Counted from the first letter of the stretch, positions 50,966 to 62,290 are shown. The stretch: DNA of 64,000 nt from an uncultured delta proteobacterium (GCA_963755715.1 CAVWLW010000069.1:64001-128000), one strand, 5' to 3'. Numbers and translations are program-made. Notes: generated from the sequence alone by a model not told the origin.

Positions 50966-53224
50966 ATGAGCGATCTGTATCTGATCGGCGCTTTGCCCCT
51001 GTGGCTGATCGCGCTCGTCGGTCTCGCCGCGGCGGCGCTGCTGGCGCAGCAATTTATTAACCTGCGCCAACGGCTGCCGCTCGGGCAGGCTGCCTTTCTC
51101 ACTTTACTGCGCGCTTGCGTCTATGCGGGATTGATTTTCTTTTTGCTTGGCCCGGCGTTGATCGACAAGCGCGTGACCAAGCTGCGCCGGCCGCTCACAC
51201 TGCTCGTCGACACCTCGCAGAGCATGAGCTTTCCGGCGAGCGCTAAAAGCGCGGCCGGAGACAAAGCCGCAAAGAGCCGCCTCGACCTCGTCAAAGAGAA
51301 GCTCGAAGCCGGCCCAGAGCCGCTGATCCAAAGGCTCAACCGTGATTACGATTTGCGCGTGATTCGCTTCGGCACCGGGTTGGAGTCGATCGCGCCGGGC
51401 AGTTTGGAGCGGCTGCGCGCCCAGGATCCGGGCACCCGTTTGATCGAGCTCCTACAACGCGCCGCGCGCGACGGCGCCGCGCGCTCCGGCATCGTCGTTT
51501 TCAGCGACGGCATCACCAACGGCGAAATGAAATCTCTCGATGGCGCCGCCATCGCCGCGCCGGTTTTCACCGTCGGCGTCGGCGAAACCGAAGGGTTCAC
51601 CGACGTGCGCATCGCCAAGCTCGGCGCGCCGGAATTCGCCTTTCGCGGCCGTGAATTCAAAATCGACTTGACCTTGCAAGCTTTCGGCATGAAGGGCAAA
51701 TCCGTGCCGCTCTTTTTCAACCGCGGGAAAAATCTCATCACCACTCGCGCCATCGCCATCGACGCCGATCCCTTCGAGCAGAAAGTGACACTCAGCTTCA
51801 CGCCGAAAGAATTGGGTACCCATGCGTTCTCCGTAAGCCTGCCAGTACAGCCGGGCGAGCAAATCAGCCAAAACAATCAAAAAGAGTTCAAAGTCGAGGT
51901 GCGGCGCGACAAGATCCGCGTTTTGACCTTGTCCGGATCGCCGGCGTGGAATTACCGTTTTTTGCGCATGGCGATGAAACAGGATCCATTGATCGAGCTG
52001 GTGTCGTTCGTTTTCTTGCGCACGCCCACCGATACCGTCGATGTCCCGGAAAATCAGTTGAGCCTGATCCCTTTTCCGATCGACGATATTTTTCTCGAGG
52101 AGCTGAAAAACTTCGACGTGGTCGTCCTCGATGACTTTTCGCACCGCGCCTATTTCAATCCGGTGTACTTGGAGCGGGTGCGTGACTTCGTTCGTGACGG
52201 CGGCGGACTAGCCATGTTCGGCGGCTCGCGCGCGTTCGATAGCGGCGGCTACGGCGACAGCGCCTTGCGCGATGTGCTGCCCGTCGAGCTCGACGGCAAG
52301 GGTAGCTACCAATCGCGCGGTCCGGTGCATGCGGCGCTGACCGCCGCCGGCAAAAAACATCCGATCACGCGCCTGTTGCCCGATCCCAAAGTCAACGAGG
52401 AAACCTGGAGCAAGCTGCCCGCTCTGAGCGGCTTGAATCAGGTGCACAGCGTGCGCGGCGAGACCTTGCTTACCGCAACAGGCGAAGGCTCGCAGACCGG
52501 CGCGCCGTTGCTTGCCATCGGCCGTTTCGGCAAAGGGCGGACATTGGCGTTAATGACCGACGATGCCTGGCGCTGGAACTTCATTGCCGTCGGCAACAAA
52601 GAGACGCCGCAGAATCATCTAAAGCTGATCCGTCAAGCGGTGCGCTGGCTCGCCCAAGAGCCGGCCTTCGAACAGGTCCAGTTGTATCCGATCCCGACGG
52701 CGCAGCCTGCCGAGAAGGTGATGATCAAGCTCAAAGTCTTGAACGATGATTTCACGCCGACACGACAAGCGTCGGTGCAACTTCGCGTATTCAGTCCCGA
52801 AGGCGAGCCGACGCTCGTGTCCACCGGACCCGACAGCGAAGAGGGCGAGTATAGCGGCGAATTCATTCCGACTCGCGAAGGCACTTATCGAGTCGAAGCC
52901 GAAGCCAACGCCGGCGGCAAACCCTTGGGCCGCGATAAAGCCAGCTTCACCGCGGCGTTCTCCTACGGCGAGACCGATGACGGCCTGCCGCGCCTCGATT
53001 TGTTGAAACAGATTGCCGAATCGAGCAAAGGCGAATACATCTCGATCAACGATTGGAATGAAAAGACCTTCGACAAAATCGCCGCCCGGCTCGAAACAAT
53101 CGCGCCGTCCGAGATCGTCGAACAGCGCCAGACCCGGCTCTGGAGCAACCTCTGGCCATTCGGCCTGATCCTCGCCCTGCTTAGCGTCGAATGGTGGATG
53201 CGGCGGAAGTGGGGATTGATATAA
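50966..53224 (+). CDS. Membrane protein with VWA and glutamine-amidotransferase-like domains
   Basis: Two N-terminal TMs, VDTSQSM, FSDG, FVRDGGGLAMFGG, GRFGKGR, WRW, EWWMRRKWGL end. Confidence 0.88.
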   Translation: MSDLYLIGALPLWLIALVGLAAAALLAQQFINLRQRLPLGQAAFLTLLRACVYAGLIFFLLGPALIDKRVTKLRRPLTLLVDTSQSMSFPASAKSAAGDKAAKSRLDLVKEKLEAGPEPLIQRLNRDYDLRVIRFGTGLESIAPGSLERLRAQDPGTRLIELLQRAARDGAARSGIVVFSDGITNGEMKSLDGAAIAAPVFTVGVGETEGFTDVRIAKLGAPEFAFRGREFKIDLTLQAFGMKGKSVPLFFNRGKNLITTRAIAIDADPFEQKVTLSFTPKELGTHAFSVSLPVQPGEQISQNNQKEFKVEVRRDKIRVLTLSGSPAWNYRFLRMAMKQDPLIELVSFVFLRTPTDTVDVPENQLSLIPFPIDDIFLEELKNFDVVVLDDFSHRAYFNPVYLERVRDFVRDGGGLAMFGGSRAFDSGGYGDSALRDVLPVELDGKGSYQSRGPVHAALTAAGKKHPITRLLPDPKVNEETWSKLPALSGLNQVHSVRGETLLTATGEGSQTGAPLLAIGRFGKGRTLALMTDDAWRWNFIAVGNKETPQNHLKLIRQAVRWLAQEPAFEQVQLYPIPTAQPAEKVMIKLKVLNDDFTPTRQASVQLRVFSPEGEPTLVSTGPDSEEGEYSGEFIPTREGTYRVEAEANAGGKPLGRDKASFTAAFSYGETDDGLPRLDLLKQIAESSKGEYISINDWNEKTFDKIAARLETIAPSEIVEQRQTRLWSNLWPFGLILALLSVEWWMRRKWGLI

Positions 53225-53232
53225 ATTGAATT

Positions 53233-53292
53233 GTAGGGGCAGACCCCTGTGTCTGCCCTCCGGACGGGCAATCACGCAGGATTGCTGCAAAC
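53233..53292. repeat. GTAG-type REP doublet (REPIN-like)
   Basis: GTAG-GGGCAGAC-CCCTGT-GTCTGCCC followed by the degenerate inverted partner GGGCAATCACGCAGGATTGCTGCAAAC. Confidence 0.7.
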
Positions 53293-53335
53293 CCATAATC
53301 CAAAAACTCCAAACTATGCGCGCGTGCATCAAACA

Positions 53336-54130
53336 ATGAACGCGATATTGAGACTAAGATCCTTAGCCGTGGTGATTCTCCTATGGGCTACACCCGCTCG
53401 CGTCTTAGCCTTTTGCCACGAGCTCGACGTCGTTCAATCCGGCATCCTGCGAGTCGCCGCAAGCCCTGCTCCGCCGCTCACGCTGGAATGGATGGGCCAT
53501 TCGACTTTTCAAATCACCTCGTCAAAAGGCACGCGCGTTCTCACCGATCCGCACGGCGCCTTCGATTTGCCGCGGCCGACTTTGCCGCAGCACATCGTCA
53601 CCACCAGCCATCAGCATGGACCGCACAATAGCGTCCACATGGCTCCCGGCACACCGGTGATCCTGCACGGACTCACGCCGTCCGGAGATAACTGGCAGAA
53701 AATTTCGACGACGATTCGCGACGTGTCGGTTTACGCCGTGCCCGCCTTTCACGACAAAAGCCAAGGCATGCAGCGCGGCAAGAACGCTATCTTTGTTTTT
53801 CGCGTCGATGACATCTGCATCGCGCACCTGGGCGACCTGGGCCACATCCCGACCCCCGATCAACTCAAGATGATGGGCAAGATCGATATCTTGCTCGTGC
53901 CCATCGCCGGCGGCTACTTCACCGTGACCGCTACCGAAGCGCGCGAAGTCACCAAGCTAGTCAATCCCAAGATCGCCATCCCCATGCACTTCTGGTGGGA
54001 GCAAGCGGTCCAGGAGTACGCGCAGGGAATGGCGAAAGTAAAAACGCTCAGCACGCCGGTGCTGAAAATCTCCAAAGCGGAACTACCGACGCCGACGGAA
54101 GTCGTAATATTACCCTGGGGGCAAAGGTAG
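53336..54130 (+). CDS. Exported MBL-fold metallo-hydrolase
   Basis: WMGHS, TDP, SHQHGPHN, AHLGDLGH, IPMHF; signal-like N-terminus. Confidence 0.85.
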   Translation: MNAILRLRSLAVVILLWATPARVLAFCHELDVVQSGILRVAASPAPPLTLEWMGHSTFQITSSKGTRVLTDPHGAFDLPRPTLPQHIVTTSHQHGPHNSVHMAPGTPVILHGLTPSGDNWQKISTTIRDVSVYAVPAFHDKSQGMQRGKNAIFVFRVDDICIAHLGDLGHIPTPDQLKMMGKIDILLVPIAGGYFTVTATEAREVTKLVNPKIAIPMHFWWEQAVQEYAQGMAKVKTLSTPVLKISKAELPTPTEVVILPWGQR

Positions 54131-54397
54131 ATGCGTGTTCGCGCTCGCCAATTTACTCCGTGTCGCCCTGCGCTCGCGTTAGCAGATTGAAAAAACTCTA
54201 TCTCGCCGGATTTCGCAACGATCAGGCACGCGAGCTGGAAAACATCCCTCTTTGCTCAAGCTCTCCGGTGAAGCGCGTTGCAGCATCAACTTCAATGCGC
54301 CCCTTGAAGCCGAAATCTTTTGTCCGCCTAGATTGATAATCTGCTCTTACCACGATAGGTGATCCAAAGAATTGAACCGTAGAAAGCGAGTCAACAC

Positions 54398-55366
54398 ATG
54401 AAAGCCATTCGAGTTCACAATCACGGCGGTCCGGAAGTTTTGACCTACGAGGACGTTCCGATTCCCGAGCCGAAGGCCGGCGAAGCGCGTGTGAAGATCG
54501 AAGCGAGCGGTCTCAACTTCATCGACATTTACCATCGTACCGGGCTCTATCCGCTAAGCCGGCCGTTCACGCTCGGCATGGAGGGTGCCGGCGTCGTCGA
54601 CGCCATCGGCGACGGCGTGACTGAAGTCAAAAAAGGCGATCGCGTCGCCTACGCGATGGTTCCGGGATCTTACGCGGAATTCGCGATTGTGCCGGCCGCG
54701 AAGCTTGTGCCGGTGCCGGCCCATATCGATGCAAAGACGGCCGCTGCGATCATGCTCCAAGGCATGACGGCGCACTCTCTTACGCACAGCACTTATCCAT
54801 TAAAAAGAGGCGACATTGCGCTCATTCATGCCGCAGCGGGAGGCGTGGGACTCTTGCTGGTTCAGCTTGCCAAAATGCGCGGCGCCAGAGTGATCGGCAC
54901 GGTGTCCACGGAAACCAAGGCCGAGCTCGCGCGCCAGGCCGGCGCGGATGAGCTTATTCTCTACACGCAGTCGGATTTTCTCGCGGAGGTGAAAAAGATC
55001 ACCAGCGGCCAAGGCGTGCACGTGGTTTACGATTCCGTCGGCGCTACCACTTTCGACAAGAGCCTCGACTGTCTCAAACCGCGCGGCTACCTCGTCCTCT
55101 TCGGCCAATCGAGCGGCCCGGTGCCGCCGTTGGATCCCGGCAAATTGGCGGCGAAGGGTTCGCTGTTCCTCACTCGACCCACCCTTTTTCATTACGTGCT
55201 CGATCGTGTCGAGCTGTTGCAACGGGCCGGCGATTTATTTTCCTGGATTCAATCGGGAGTGCTTAAGCCGCGCATCGAACGCGTTTTTCCGCTGAAGGAC
55301 GCGGCCGACGCTCAACGCCAGCTCGAGGCGCGCAAGACTACGGGGAAAGTGGTTCTCGTTCCTTAG
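54398..55366 (+). CDS. qor: NADPH:quinone oxidoreductase (zeta-crystallin/MDR family)
   Basis: [54 protein letters not shown]. Confidence 0.92.
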   Translation: MKAIRVHNHGGPEVLTYEDVPIPEPKAGEARVKIEASGLNFIDIYHRTGLYPLSRPFTLGMEGAGVVDAIGDGVTEVKKGDRVAYAMVPGSYAEFAIVPAAKLVPVPAHIDAKTAAAIMLQGMTAHSLTHSTYPLKRGDIALIHAAAGGVGLLLVQLAKMRGARVIGTVSTETKAELARQAGADELILYTQSDFLAEVKKITSGQGVHVVYDSVGATTFDKSLDCLKPRGYLVLFGQSSGPVPPLDPGKLAAKGSLFLTRPTLFHYVLDRVELLQRAGDLFSWIQSGVLKPRIERVFPLKDAADAQRQLEARKTTGKVVLVP

Positions 55367-55922
55367 CCGGCGGGTTTTGGCCGCTGCGCGGCGGGCGAGG
55401 CGGGCGCGATTCGACTGAATCAGAGAATTTTTTTCGCTGTTCCGCCGTGAGCACGGCTTTCGCTTGCTCGATGGCGCGGATGCGCGCGATGCGCAGATCG
55501 GCGCGCAATTTTTCCGCTTCACGAATCTTCGCTTCCACTTTCGCAACATCCACCGTCGGGCTATCGAGCAACGCAGCAATATCTAACTCAACGATCCGCA
55601 CATCCGCTTCGTTACGAATGCTCTGGCGCTGGAAGTTATCGCGCAGTTGCTCGAGCTTCTTCACCTGCTCGGGCGACAGCCCGAGCTGTTCTTTGTAGCT
55701 CAGCATCTGTGAAATCGCCGGCCGGTTCTCGGCTGATTCACGAGCGCCGAAGCGTTCCTTCAAACGTCCGCCCCATTCCTGCAAAACTTGCTGGAGACGC
55801 TCCCAGGCATCGCTCAGATCTTCGGGCACCGCTTGCTTGAACTTTTCTGCCTCGGCGCCAATCGCGGGAGCAGCGCAGCCGACGCAGTATGCCAGAAAAC
55901 CCACAACGATCAGTCTTCCCAT
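55338..55922 (-). CDS. Spy/CpxP-like periplasmic helical protein
   Basis: Signal peptide, LGLSPEQ and VLTAEQR (LTxxQ) motifs; 29-nt convergent overlap with qor. Confidence 0.78.
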   Translation of the reverse strand: MGRLIVVGFLAYCVGCAAPAIGAEAEKFKQAVPEDLSDAWERLQQVLQEWGGRLKERFGARESAENRPAISQMLSYKEQLGLSPEQVKKLEQLRDNFQRQSIRNEADVRIVELDIAALLDSPTVDVAKVEAKIREAEKLRADLRIARIRAIEQAKAVLTAEQRKKFSDSVESRPPRPPRSGQNPPAKEREPLSP

Positions 55923-56017
55923 AAGTATTTTCTCGGTGGGCGCCCGCTCTAAAAGAATCCGCGAGGAATCAGGCCGGCCATGGTACGCAACTTGTCGTCA
56001 GCCGTCGGATTTCAAGA

Positions 56018-56851
56018 TCAAGGCCACTCCGCGACACCGAGATCAGGCAGATTGACAATATCCGCGTTCACGTCTTTGACACCTGGAATCTGCCTGATCT
56101 TGGACACGACCATTTGCTCTGAGAGCCAGCTGGGCACGGAGCCGGAGACCGCGATCTTGCCTGCCGATGCTTTGATCTCAAGTCGAGTCCGCGGCATGTC
56201 CGCAGACATTGCCAACACAGCCTTTACTTGGGAAACCAAGGCAAAATCCTCGAACGCCTGTTTCGAAGCCGGACTCATCTGATAATCCGGCAAGCGCGCA
56301 GTGTCACAGATCAGTTGTTTTGCCGTGGCGACACTCAATCGTCCCAGATTAACGACGAGATCGAATCGAGTCGGGTCGCGCCAATCGACCCCGAACATGG
56401 CGATCAGACGGCGGCTGCGAGCTTTGTCTGTTTCATCGATAAATCGGCGCGCTGCGGCTTCGCTGAACCCATGGCGCGCCCTAATTTGCTCGATGCGCTT
56501 TTCCATCGGCGCGGTCAGCAGAACTTTCAGCACATGTTTGAAACCAGGCACAAGCTCGTGCCCCAAATGTCCGTGATAAACGAGATGGCTACGACCTTCG
56601 GCAACGGCGATTTGGCAAAAGGCCGCCTGCAAGGCGATCCGGTAAGGCTCCCGGTTTTCTATGAACCGATTCCACCAGCTCGATCCTTTTTCGACGACCT
56701 CGTTCAGCTTCGCCTCCGGTATGCCGTACCTGAGGCTGGCTTCGATCAGCACTTCCCGGCTGATACAGTCACATCCCAAAGTTTCTGCCACGGCGTTGGC
56801 CAATTCTTCGCCGCTGCCCGAGGCGCCTTGATAGACAGTGATGATGGCCAT
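56018..56851 (-). CDS. Cytidylate kinase-like family protein with C-terminal BON domain
   Basis: MAIITVYQGASGSGEELA, VYHG, DKARSRR, FDLVVN; C-terminal VSGSV...IPGVKDV. Confidence 0.8.
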   Translation of the reverse strand: MAIITVYQGASGSGEELANAVAETLGCDCISREVLIEASLRYGIPEAKLNEVVEKGSSWWNRFIENREPYRIALQAAFCQIAVAEGRSHLVYHGHLGHELVPGFKHVLKVLLTAPMEKRIEQIRARHGFSEAAARRFIDETDKARSRRLIAMFGVDWRDPTRFDLVVNLGRLSVATAKQLICDTARLPDYQMSPASKQAFEDFALVSQVKAVLAMSADMPRTRLEIKASAGKIAVSGSVPSWLSEQMVVSKIRQIPGVKDVNADIVNLPDLGVAEWP

Positions 56852-56937
56852 GGTTGATGTCCCCTCTCCGATAGGCCGCAATCATTAATCGTATTCGCAC
56901 AGTGAAGCGCGGCCGCGCAAGTCAATCACAGGGTTCC

Positions 56938-57468
56938 CTAGGGGCTAACTTTCAAATACGCATGATGGCGCCAGAAATAGGCCGTCATCACGGCGGCGGC
57001 CAAAAGATTTCCAACTAACACCGAGGGCCAGGCTAAAGCGTGGAGAATCGGCTCCGCGAAAATGAACGCCGCGCCAACGAAGCCGAATTCAAAGATGACA
57101 AAGAGCAGTAGGATACCAAACCCGACATCGATATTCCGCTCCGCCAATCCAAGCAGCTTGGCGGCGATGCCACCGATGACGCAGAAGACCAGTCCATGAA
57201 CCCAGGTGTAAACGAGGACCATCTCCAGTGAAATAGCCAGCGTCTGAGGTTGATCGAGTCCGGCGCCGTGACGGAACAGCGCCGTGCCCAGCACATTGGG
57301 CGTATAGAAGAGCGGGCGCCCGCTCAGAACGTCGACGAGAAAAAACCAGACCGCGATCGTGGCCGCGCCGAGGACGCCGGCTTCGATGCCTTGCCGGTAT
57401 ATGTCAGGGATTGCCGCGGTTGATGAGCCGATGACAGTAGGGCTTGAGGTGCCAGATCGAAGCGCCAT
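56938..57468 (-). CDS. Hypothetical integral membrane protein (4 TM)
   Basis: Four hydrophobic helices, GRPLFYTPNVLG loop; GAGGAGG RBS. Confidence 0.75.
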   Translation of the reverse strand: MALRSGTSSPTVIGSSTAAIPDIYRQGIEAGVLGAATIAVWFFLVDVLSGRPLFYTPNVLGTALFRHGAGLDQPQTLAISLEMVLVYTWVHGLVFCVIGGIAAKLLGLAERNIDVGFGILLLFVIFEFGFVGAAFIFAEPILHALAWPSVLVGNLLAAAVMTAYFWRHHAYLKVSP

Positions 57469-57743
57469 GGAAGATCCTCCTCGGCCGACCGACGGCCTTG
57501 GTTATTCCACAACCGTTTTGTGCGCCTGCTCCGCTACCGGGGTCAACGCTAACACCCGCACCTTTACGGGTCAATGAGCGTCTCTGACGATGTCGCCGTA
57601 TGATTGTGTGCCGCTAGCGGCTACTGGGACAGGCGGCTAGCACAGCCGACGCGTAACCACGGCCGAAAAATAGTCCGCGCCCGGCTGGATTGCGACCCGG
57701 CTGCAGTTCATGTTTTAATAACTTTTACCGAAGCAGCCACATC

Positions 57744-58925
57744 ATGTTCACGCCGTTTTTCAATATCGGAATTGCCGATATCGCCGATGTTTTCGTGGTC
57801 GCGGTGCTGCTCTACACGGTCACTGCGTGGCTCAAGCAGACTCGCGCCGCGTTTATCATCAGGGGTATTTTCATCCTCGCCGCGGTTTATATCATCGCGC
57901 GCTATTTCGATCTGCAGTTGACCGCATGGTTGTTTCAGGGCTTTTTTGCGATCTTCTTGATCATTATCGTCGTCATTTTTCAGGAAGAGCTCAGACAGAT
58001 TTTCGAGCGCATCGCCGTATGGAGCTGGGCATCGAAAGGCATGCGGCCGCTGCGCTCCGATGCCGTCGATATTCTGGTCGGAACTCTCGCCGACTTAGCC
58101 AAGGATCGAATCGGCGCCTTGATCGTGATCGAAGGGAAAGATCCGATTGCCCGCCACATCCGGGGAGGCATCGAACTGGAAGGTAAAATCAGCGTGCCGC
58201 TGCTGAAAAGCATCTTCGATCCTCATTCGCCCGGCCACGACGGCGCGGTCATCATCGGCAACGAGCGCATTTCCCGCTTCGCCGCTCACTTGCCCCTTTC
58301 CAATGATTTCCGACAACTGGCTAACGTGGGCACACGCCACAGCGCCGCGCTTGGGCTCGCCGAGCTGAGCGACGCGCTGTGTATCGCCGTCTCCGAAGAA
58401 AGAGGAACTATCTCGCTGGCGCGGGACGGCCGGCTGCGACAAGTCGATAACGTGCAGGAAGTGGGATTGTTGTTGCGGAAATTTCTGCAGGAAAAGTATC
58501 CCCAGCCCGGCGAGCGGAAAATTTCTATTTCGCTGCTGCGGGAAAACTGGCTCGCCAAGCTGGTGACGTTCTCCTTGGCGCTCGGACTCTGGTATGTTCT
58601 GGTTCCCGGTTCGAGCACCGTCGAAGTGACTTATAAATTACCGGTGCAAGTGCAGAACCTGCCGCCGGACTCTCAGCTCGAAGAAGTACAGCCGCCAGAG
58701 GTAACCACGACGTTCACCGGTCCGAAACGCGCTTTTTACTTCTTCGATCCGACCCGACTCAAAGTCGTCATCGATGCATCGACCATGGAAGCGGGGCGCA
58801 GAACCTTGAGGCTCTCGGAGCAAAACATTCCGCATCCGCAGGATTTGACCCTGCAACAGCTCAATCCCACGACGATCAGAATTTCTCTGCGCAAGATTTC
58901 GCGCGAACCGGAAGAGAAAGGTTAA
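57744..58925 (+). CDS. cdaA: Diadenylate cyclase CdaA fused to a YbbR (CdaR-like) domain
   Basis: 3 TMs, IFQEELR, GALIV, HDGAV, GTRHSAALG, VSEERG, then ENWLAKL-TM and a beta-rich YbbR-like domain. Confidence 0.88.
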   Translation: MFTPFFNIGIADIADVFVVAVLLYTVTAWLKQTRAAFIIRGIFILAAVYIIARYFDLQLTAWLFQGFFAIFLIIIVVIFQEELRQIFERIAVWSWASKGMRPLRSDAVDILVGTLADLAKDRIGALIVIEGKDPIARHIRGGIELEGKISVPLLKSIFDPHSPGHDGAVIIGNERISRFAAHLPLSNDFRQLANVGTRHSAALGLAELSDALCIAVSEERGTISLARDGRLRQVDNVQEVGLLLRKFLQEKYPQPGERKISISLLRENWLAKLVTFSLALGLWYVLVPGSSTVEVTYKLPVQVQNLPPDSQLEEVQPPEVTTTFTGPKRAFYFFDPTRLKVVIDASTMEAGRRTLRLSEQNIPHPQDLTLQQLNPTTIRISLRKISREPEEKG

Positions 58926-58933
58926 CGCGGCGC

Positions 58934-61900
58934 CTAACGATCGGCTTGCAGGATATCGAGGATGCCGCGAATCGGCACGCCGACCCAGTCCGGTCGATTG
59001 TTCAGCTCATAGCTCAATTCATAGACCGCCTTGTAGAGCAGATGCATATCCAGCAAGGCTTTCATTTCGTCGGTGGCGGTCGGCAAAAATCCGCCGCCAC
59101 GGCTGGCTTCCAGATAGCTCTGGAGAAAAACCACCGACACCCAAAAGATCCAACCCTGGGCAAACAGCTTCAAGCGTGGCATATCTTCCGGACGAAAATC
59201 TCCGCTCTTCAAGGCGGAGAGCGCCGCGTAATCAAAGGAGCGTAGCATGCCGGCCACGTCACGCAGCGGCGAGCGTTTGCGGCGGCGCTCGCCAAGCGGT
59301 TGCGCCGGCTCGCCCTCGAAATCGGTAATGACGAAGTCCTTGCCGGTGAACAGCACCTGGCCGAGATGGTAGTCGCCGTGGCCGCGGATCCGCATTGCCG
59401 TCGTTTCTTGATCGATGACGAGTCGAAAGCGATTAAAGATCTCGTTCTTGAGCGCCAGAATCTTTTCCGCCTCAGCGCGTGCTTCTTCGGGCAACGCCTT
59501 GACCCGATCGCGCAGCAAAATGAGAGTTCGGTCCGCCAAGGTGCGCATGCTTTGATACGCCGAGCGGAGATAGAATGGCGTAAAGGGTTCGGGGGCGAAG
59601 TCGGGATCGCTGCGCTCCGAAGCCAAAGCGACGTGAAGCTCGCCGGTGCGCTGGCCCAAAAGGTGGGCCGAAGCCAGGTAAGGGCCGATCATGTGGCGCG
59701 CCTCCATGGGCACTTCCCGCTCGACGAAATCCAAAAGATGCCCGGCGGGCCGGGCTAGCTCCGCGGGTATTTCCGCCGTGGTCGAGCAGCTTTCAAAGAA
59801 ATCGCCCAGGTGATCGAGCGTGTAGCGCCAGGCGTCGCCCTCGTTTCTCACCCAGCTTTGCAGGATGCCGAGGGTGGCGCTTCGGTTGCCGCGGCGGAAC
59901 TGAAAGCTGCCGGCGAGCTTGGGCACGTGCTCAAAGGAAGTTTTTTCAGTGAGGAAAGCGCCGATCTCCAGATCGGGATTCACGCCCTCCTGCAGGCGAC
60001 GGAACATCTTGAGGATAAACCGGTCGCCATAGACGATGGAGGTGTTGCTCTGTTCTCTCTTCACAGGGTTCGGTTCCGGGATCGTGTCGGGAGAACCCCT
60101 TAGCTTGCGAAAAATCTTCGAGGGCGACGCGGCGATTTCAGATGACTTGCCGTGAAAGCTCCGCCGGCGCGAAACGGCATCGAGCAAAACCCCCAAAAAG
60201 ATTCGATCATAGAGCGCATCGAAAAGTATCCCATCGACAACTTCCTCGCCGCGGCGCGTTTTGAGCCGGGCGACAACCGCCTGCGGAGAAGACTGACTTA
60301 ATTCTGTGGCTCGTTCTCCAGAGATAAACGTGAGCGGCAGGAGATAGCTCTCGGGCTCGCCGTCGCGGTAATTGACTTCCACCACCGTCATGTATGCGGC
60401 GTCGGAATCGAAGGGAATTGAAACCGAGTCGGCGAGCGTGACCGCTCGCACTTTGCGCGCCTTGCCGCCGAACCAACGGCAGTTTTTAAGATAACCGGGG
60501 AGAATTTTTTCCAGTCGGGACTTGGTGCCGGGCGCGAGGATATTCTCCCACGGGCCGGCGACTTCAAGCGACGGTAGTTGCGCTTCATCCGCCGCGCGCG
60601 GCGCCGCGGGGTGTGCGGCCTCGAGCTTGAACCAGTAAAAGCTGTGCGGCCCCAAGGTGATAAAGTAAGGCAGGTCGCCGATGGGCGGAAATTCAGTCTG
60701 GCCGAATAGCTCCACGGGCACGCTTCCTTTGAATTCGGAAAGATCGATCTCGGCGCACTGAACGAAGCGCGACAGATTGGCCACCGTGAGGATGATCTCG
60801 TCTTGCAAGCGGCGGATAAAAACCAAAACCCGGCGGTTTTCGGGGAAATAGAAACTCGGTCGTCCCTCGGCTGAAGGCCTGATAGCGCTTGCGCAGCACG
60901 ATCAGCCGCTTCATCCACCACAGCGGCGAGCTCAGGTTCTGCTGCTGCGCCTCGACGTTGATCGCTTCGTAATGCTGCTCCGGGTCGATGATGATCGGCA
61001 GATAGAGCCGCTGCGGGTTGGCGCGGGAGAAACCGGCGTTGCGATCCGCGCTCCACTGCATCGGCGTGCGCACGCCGTTACGGTCGCCGAGGTAGAAATT
61101 ATCGCCCATGCCGATCTCGTCGCCGTAATAGATCACCGGCGTGCCGGGCAGAGAAAAGAGCAACGCGTTGAGCAGTTCGATCTTGCGGCGGTTGCCGCCC
61201 AAGAGCGGCGTCAGACGGCGGCGGATGCCGAGATTGAGCCGCGCCTTGGGATCGGTGGCGTAGACTTTGTACATGTAGTCGCGGTCCTCGTCGGTGACCA
61301 TTTCGAGGGTCAACTCGTCGTGATTGCGCAGAAACAAAGTCCACTGGCTATTGGCCGGGATCTCCGGAGTTTGATTGAGGATATCGACGATCGGAAACCG
61401 ATCTTCCATGTGCACCGACATGAAGATGCGCGGCATCACCGGGAAGTGAAAGGCCATGTGACATTCGTCGCCGGCACCGAAATAGGTGACCGCTTCTTCC
61501 GGCCATTGATTGGCCTCGGCGAGCAGCATGCGATTGCGGTACTTCTGGTCGATATGGCGGCGCAGCTCCTTTAAGAACAGATGGGTTTCCGGCAGATTCT
61601 CGCAGCTGGTGCCTTCACGCTCGAAGAGATAGGGAACGGCGTCCAAACGCAAACCGTCCACACCCATGTCCAACCAGAAATCCACCGCTTCGAAAATCGC
61701 CTGTTTGACCGCGGGATGGGCAAAATTCAGATCCGGCTGATGGGAATAAAATCGGTGCCAGTAGTAAGCTTTGGCCACCGGGTCCCATGCCCAATTGGAA
61801 GTCTCGAAGTCCTTGAAGATGATGCGCGCTTCTTTGTATTGCTCCTGATTGTCGCTCCAGACATAGTAATTGCGCTCCTTGCTGCCGGACGGCGCGCGCC

Positions 61901-62285
61901 GCGCCCGTTGAAACCACGGATGTTGATCCGACGTGTGATTGAGCACCATCTCGGTAATCACGCGCAAGCCGCGCCGATGCGCCTCATGCAGGAAAATTCT
62001 AAAATCCCTCAGCGTGCCGTAGTCGGGGTGGATTTCGGTATAGCTGGCGATGTCGTAGCCGTCGTCCTTCAACGGCGAGGGATAGAACGGCAAAAGCCAG
62101 AGCGCCGTGACGCCCAGATCGTACAGATAATCCAGCTTCTCCGTGAGCCCTTGAAAGTCACCGATGCCGTCGGCGTTGCCGTCGGAAAACGCCCGTACAT
62201 GGAGCTCATAAATGACCGCGCTCTTATACCAAAGCGGATCGTCGTCGAGGGCGAAGTCTTTCGAGTTTTTCTTTGGCCGCTCCAT
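58934..62285 (-). CDS. treS: Trehalose synthase-maltokinase fusion (TreS-Mak/Pep2); one extra base near 60843
   Basis: WYKSAVIYE, DDGYDI, NHTSDQH, RLDAVPY, AEANQW, RNHDELT, then RWFGGK, EQSNTS, HGDYHLGQ, DFEGEP, YELNNRPDW. Confidence 0.92.
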
Positions 62286-62290
62286 AGTCG

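Noticed and set aside
57469-57743. c-di-AMP or other riboswitch upstream of the diadenylate cyclase
   Set aside because: Some GC-rich pairing is possible, but I could not match the conserved ydaO or any other aptamer consensus.
1704-60850. Programmed ribosomal frameshifting or mass pseudogenisation as the cause of split genes
   Set aside because: No common slippery sequence, unrelated genes affected, almost always one extra base, and no other decay; sequencing error is more parsimonious.
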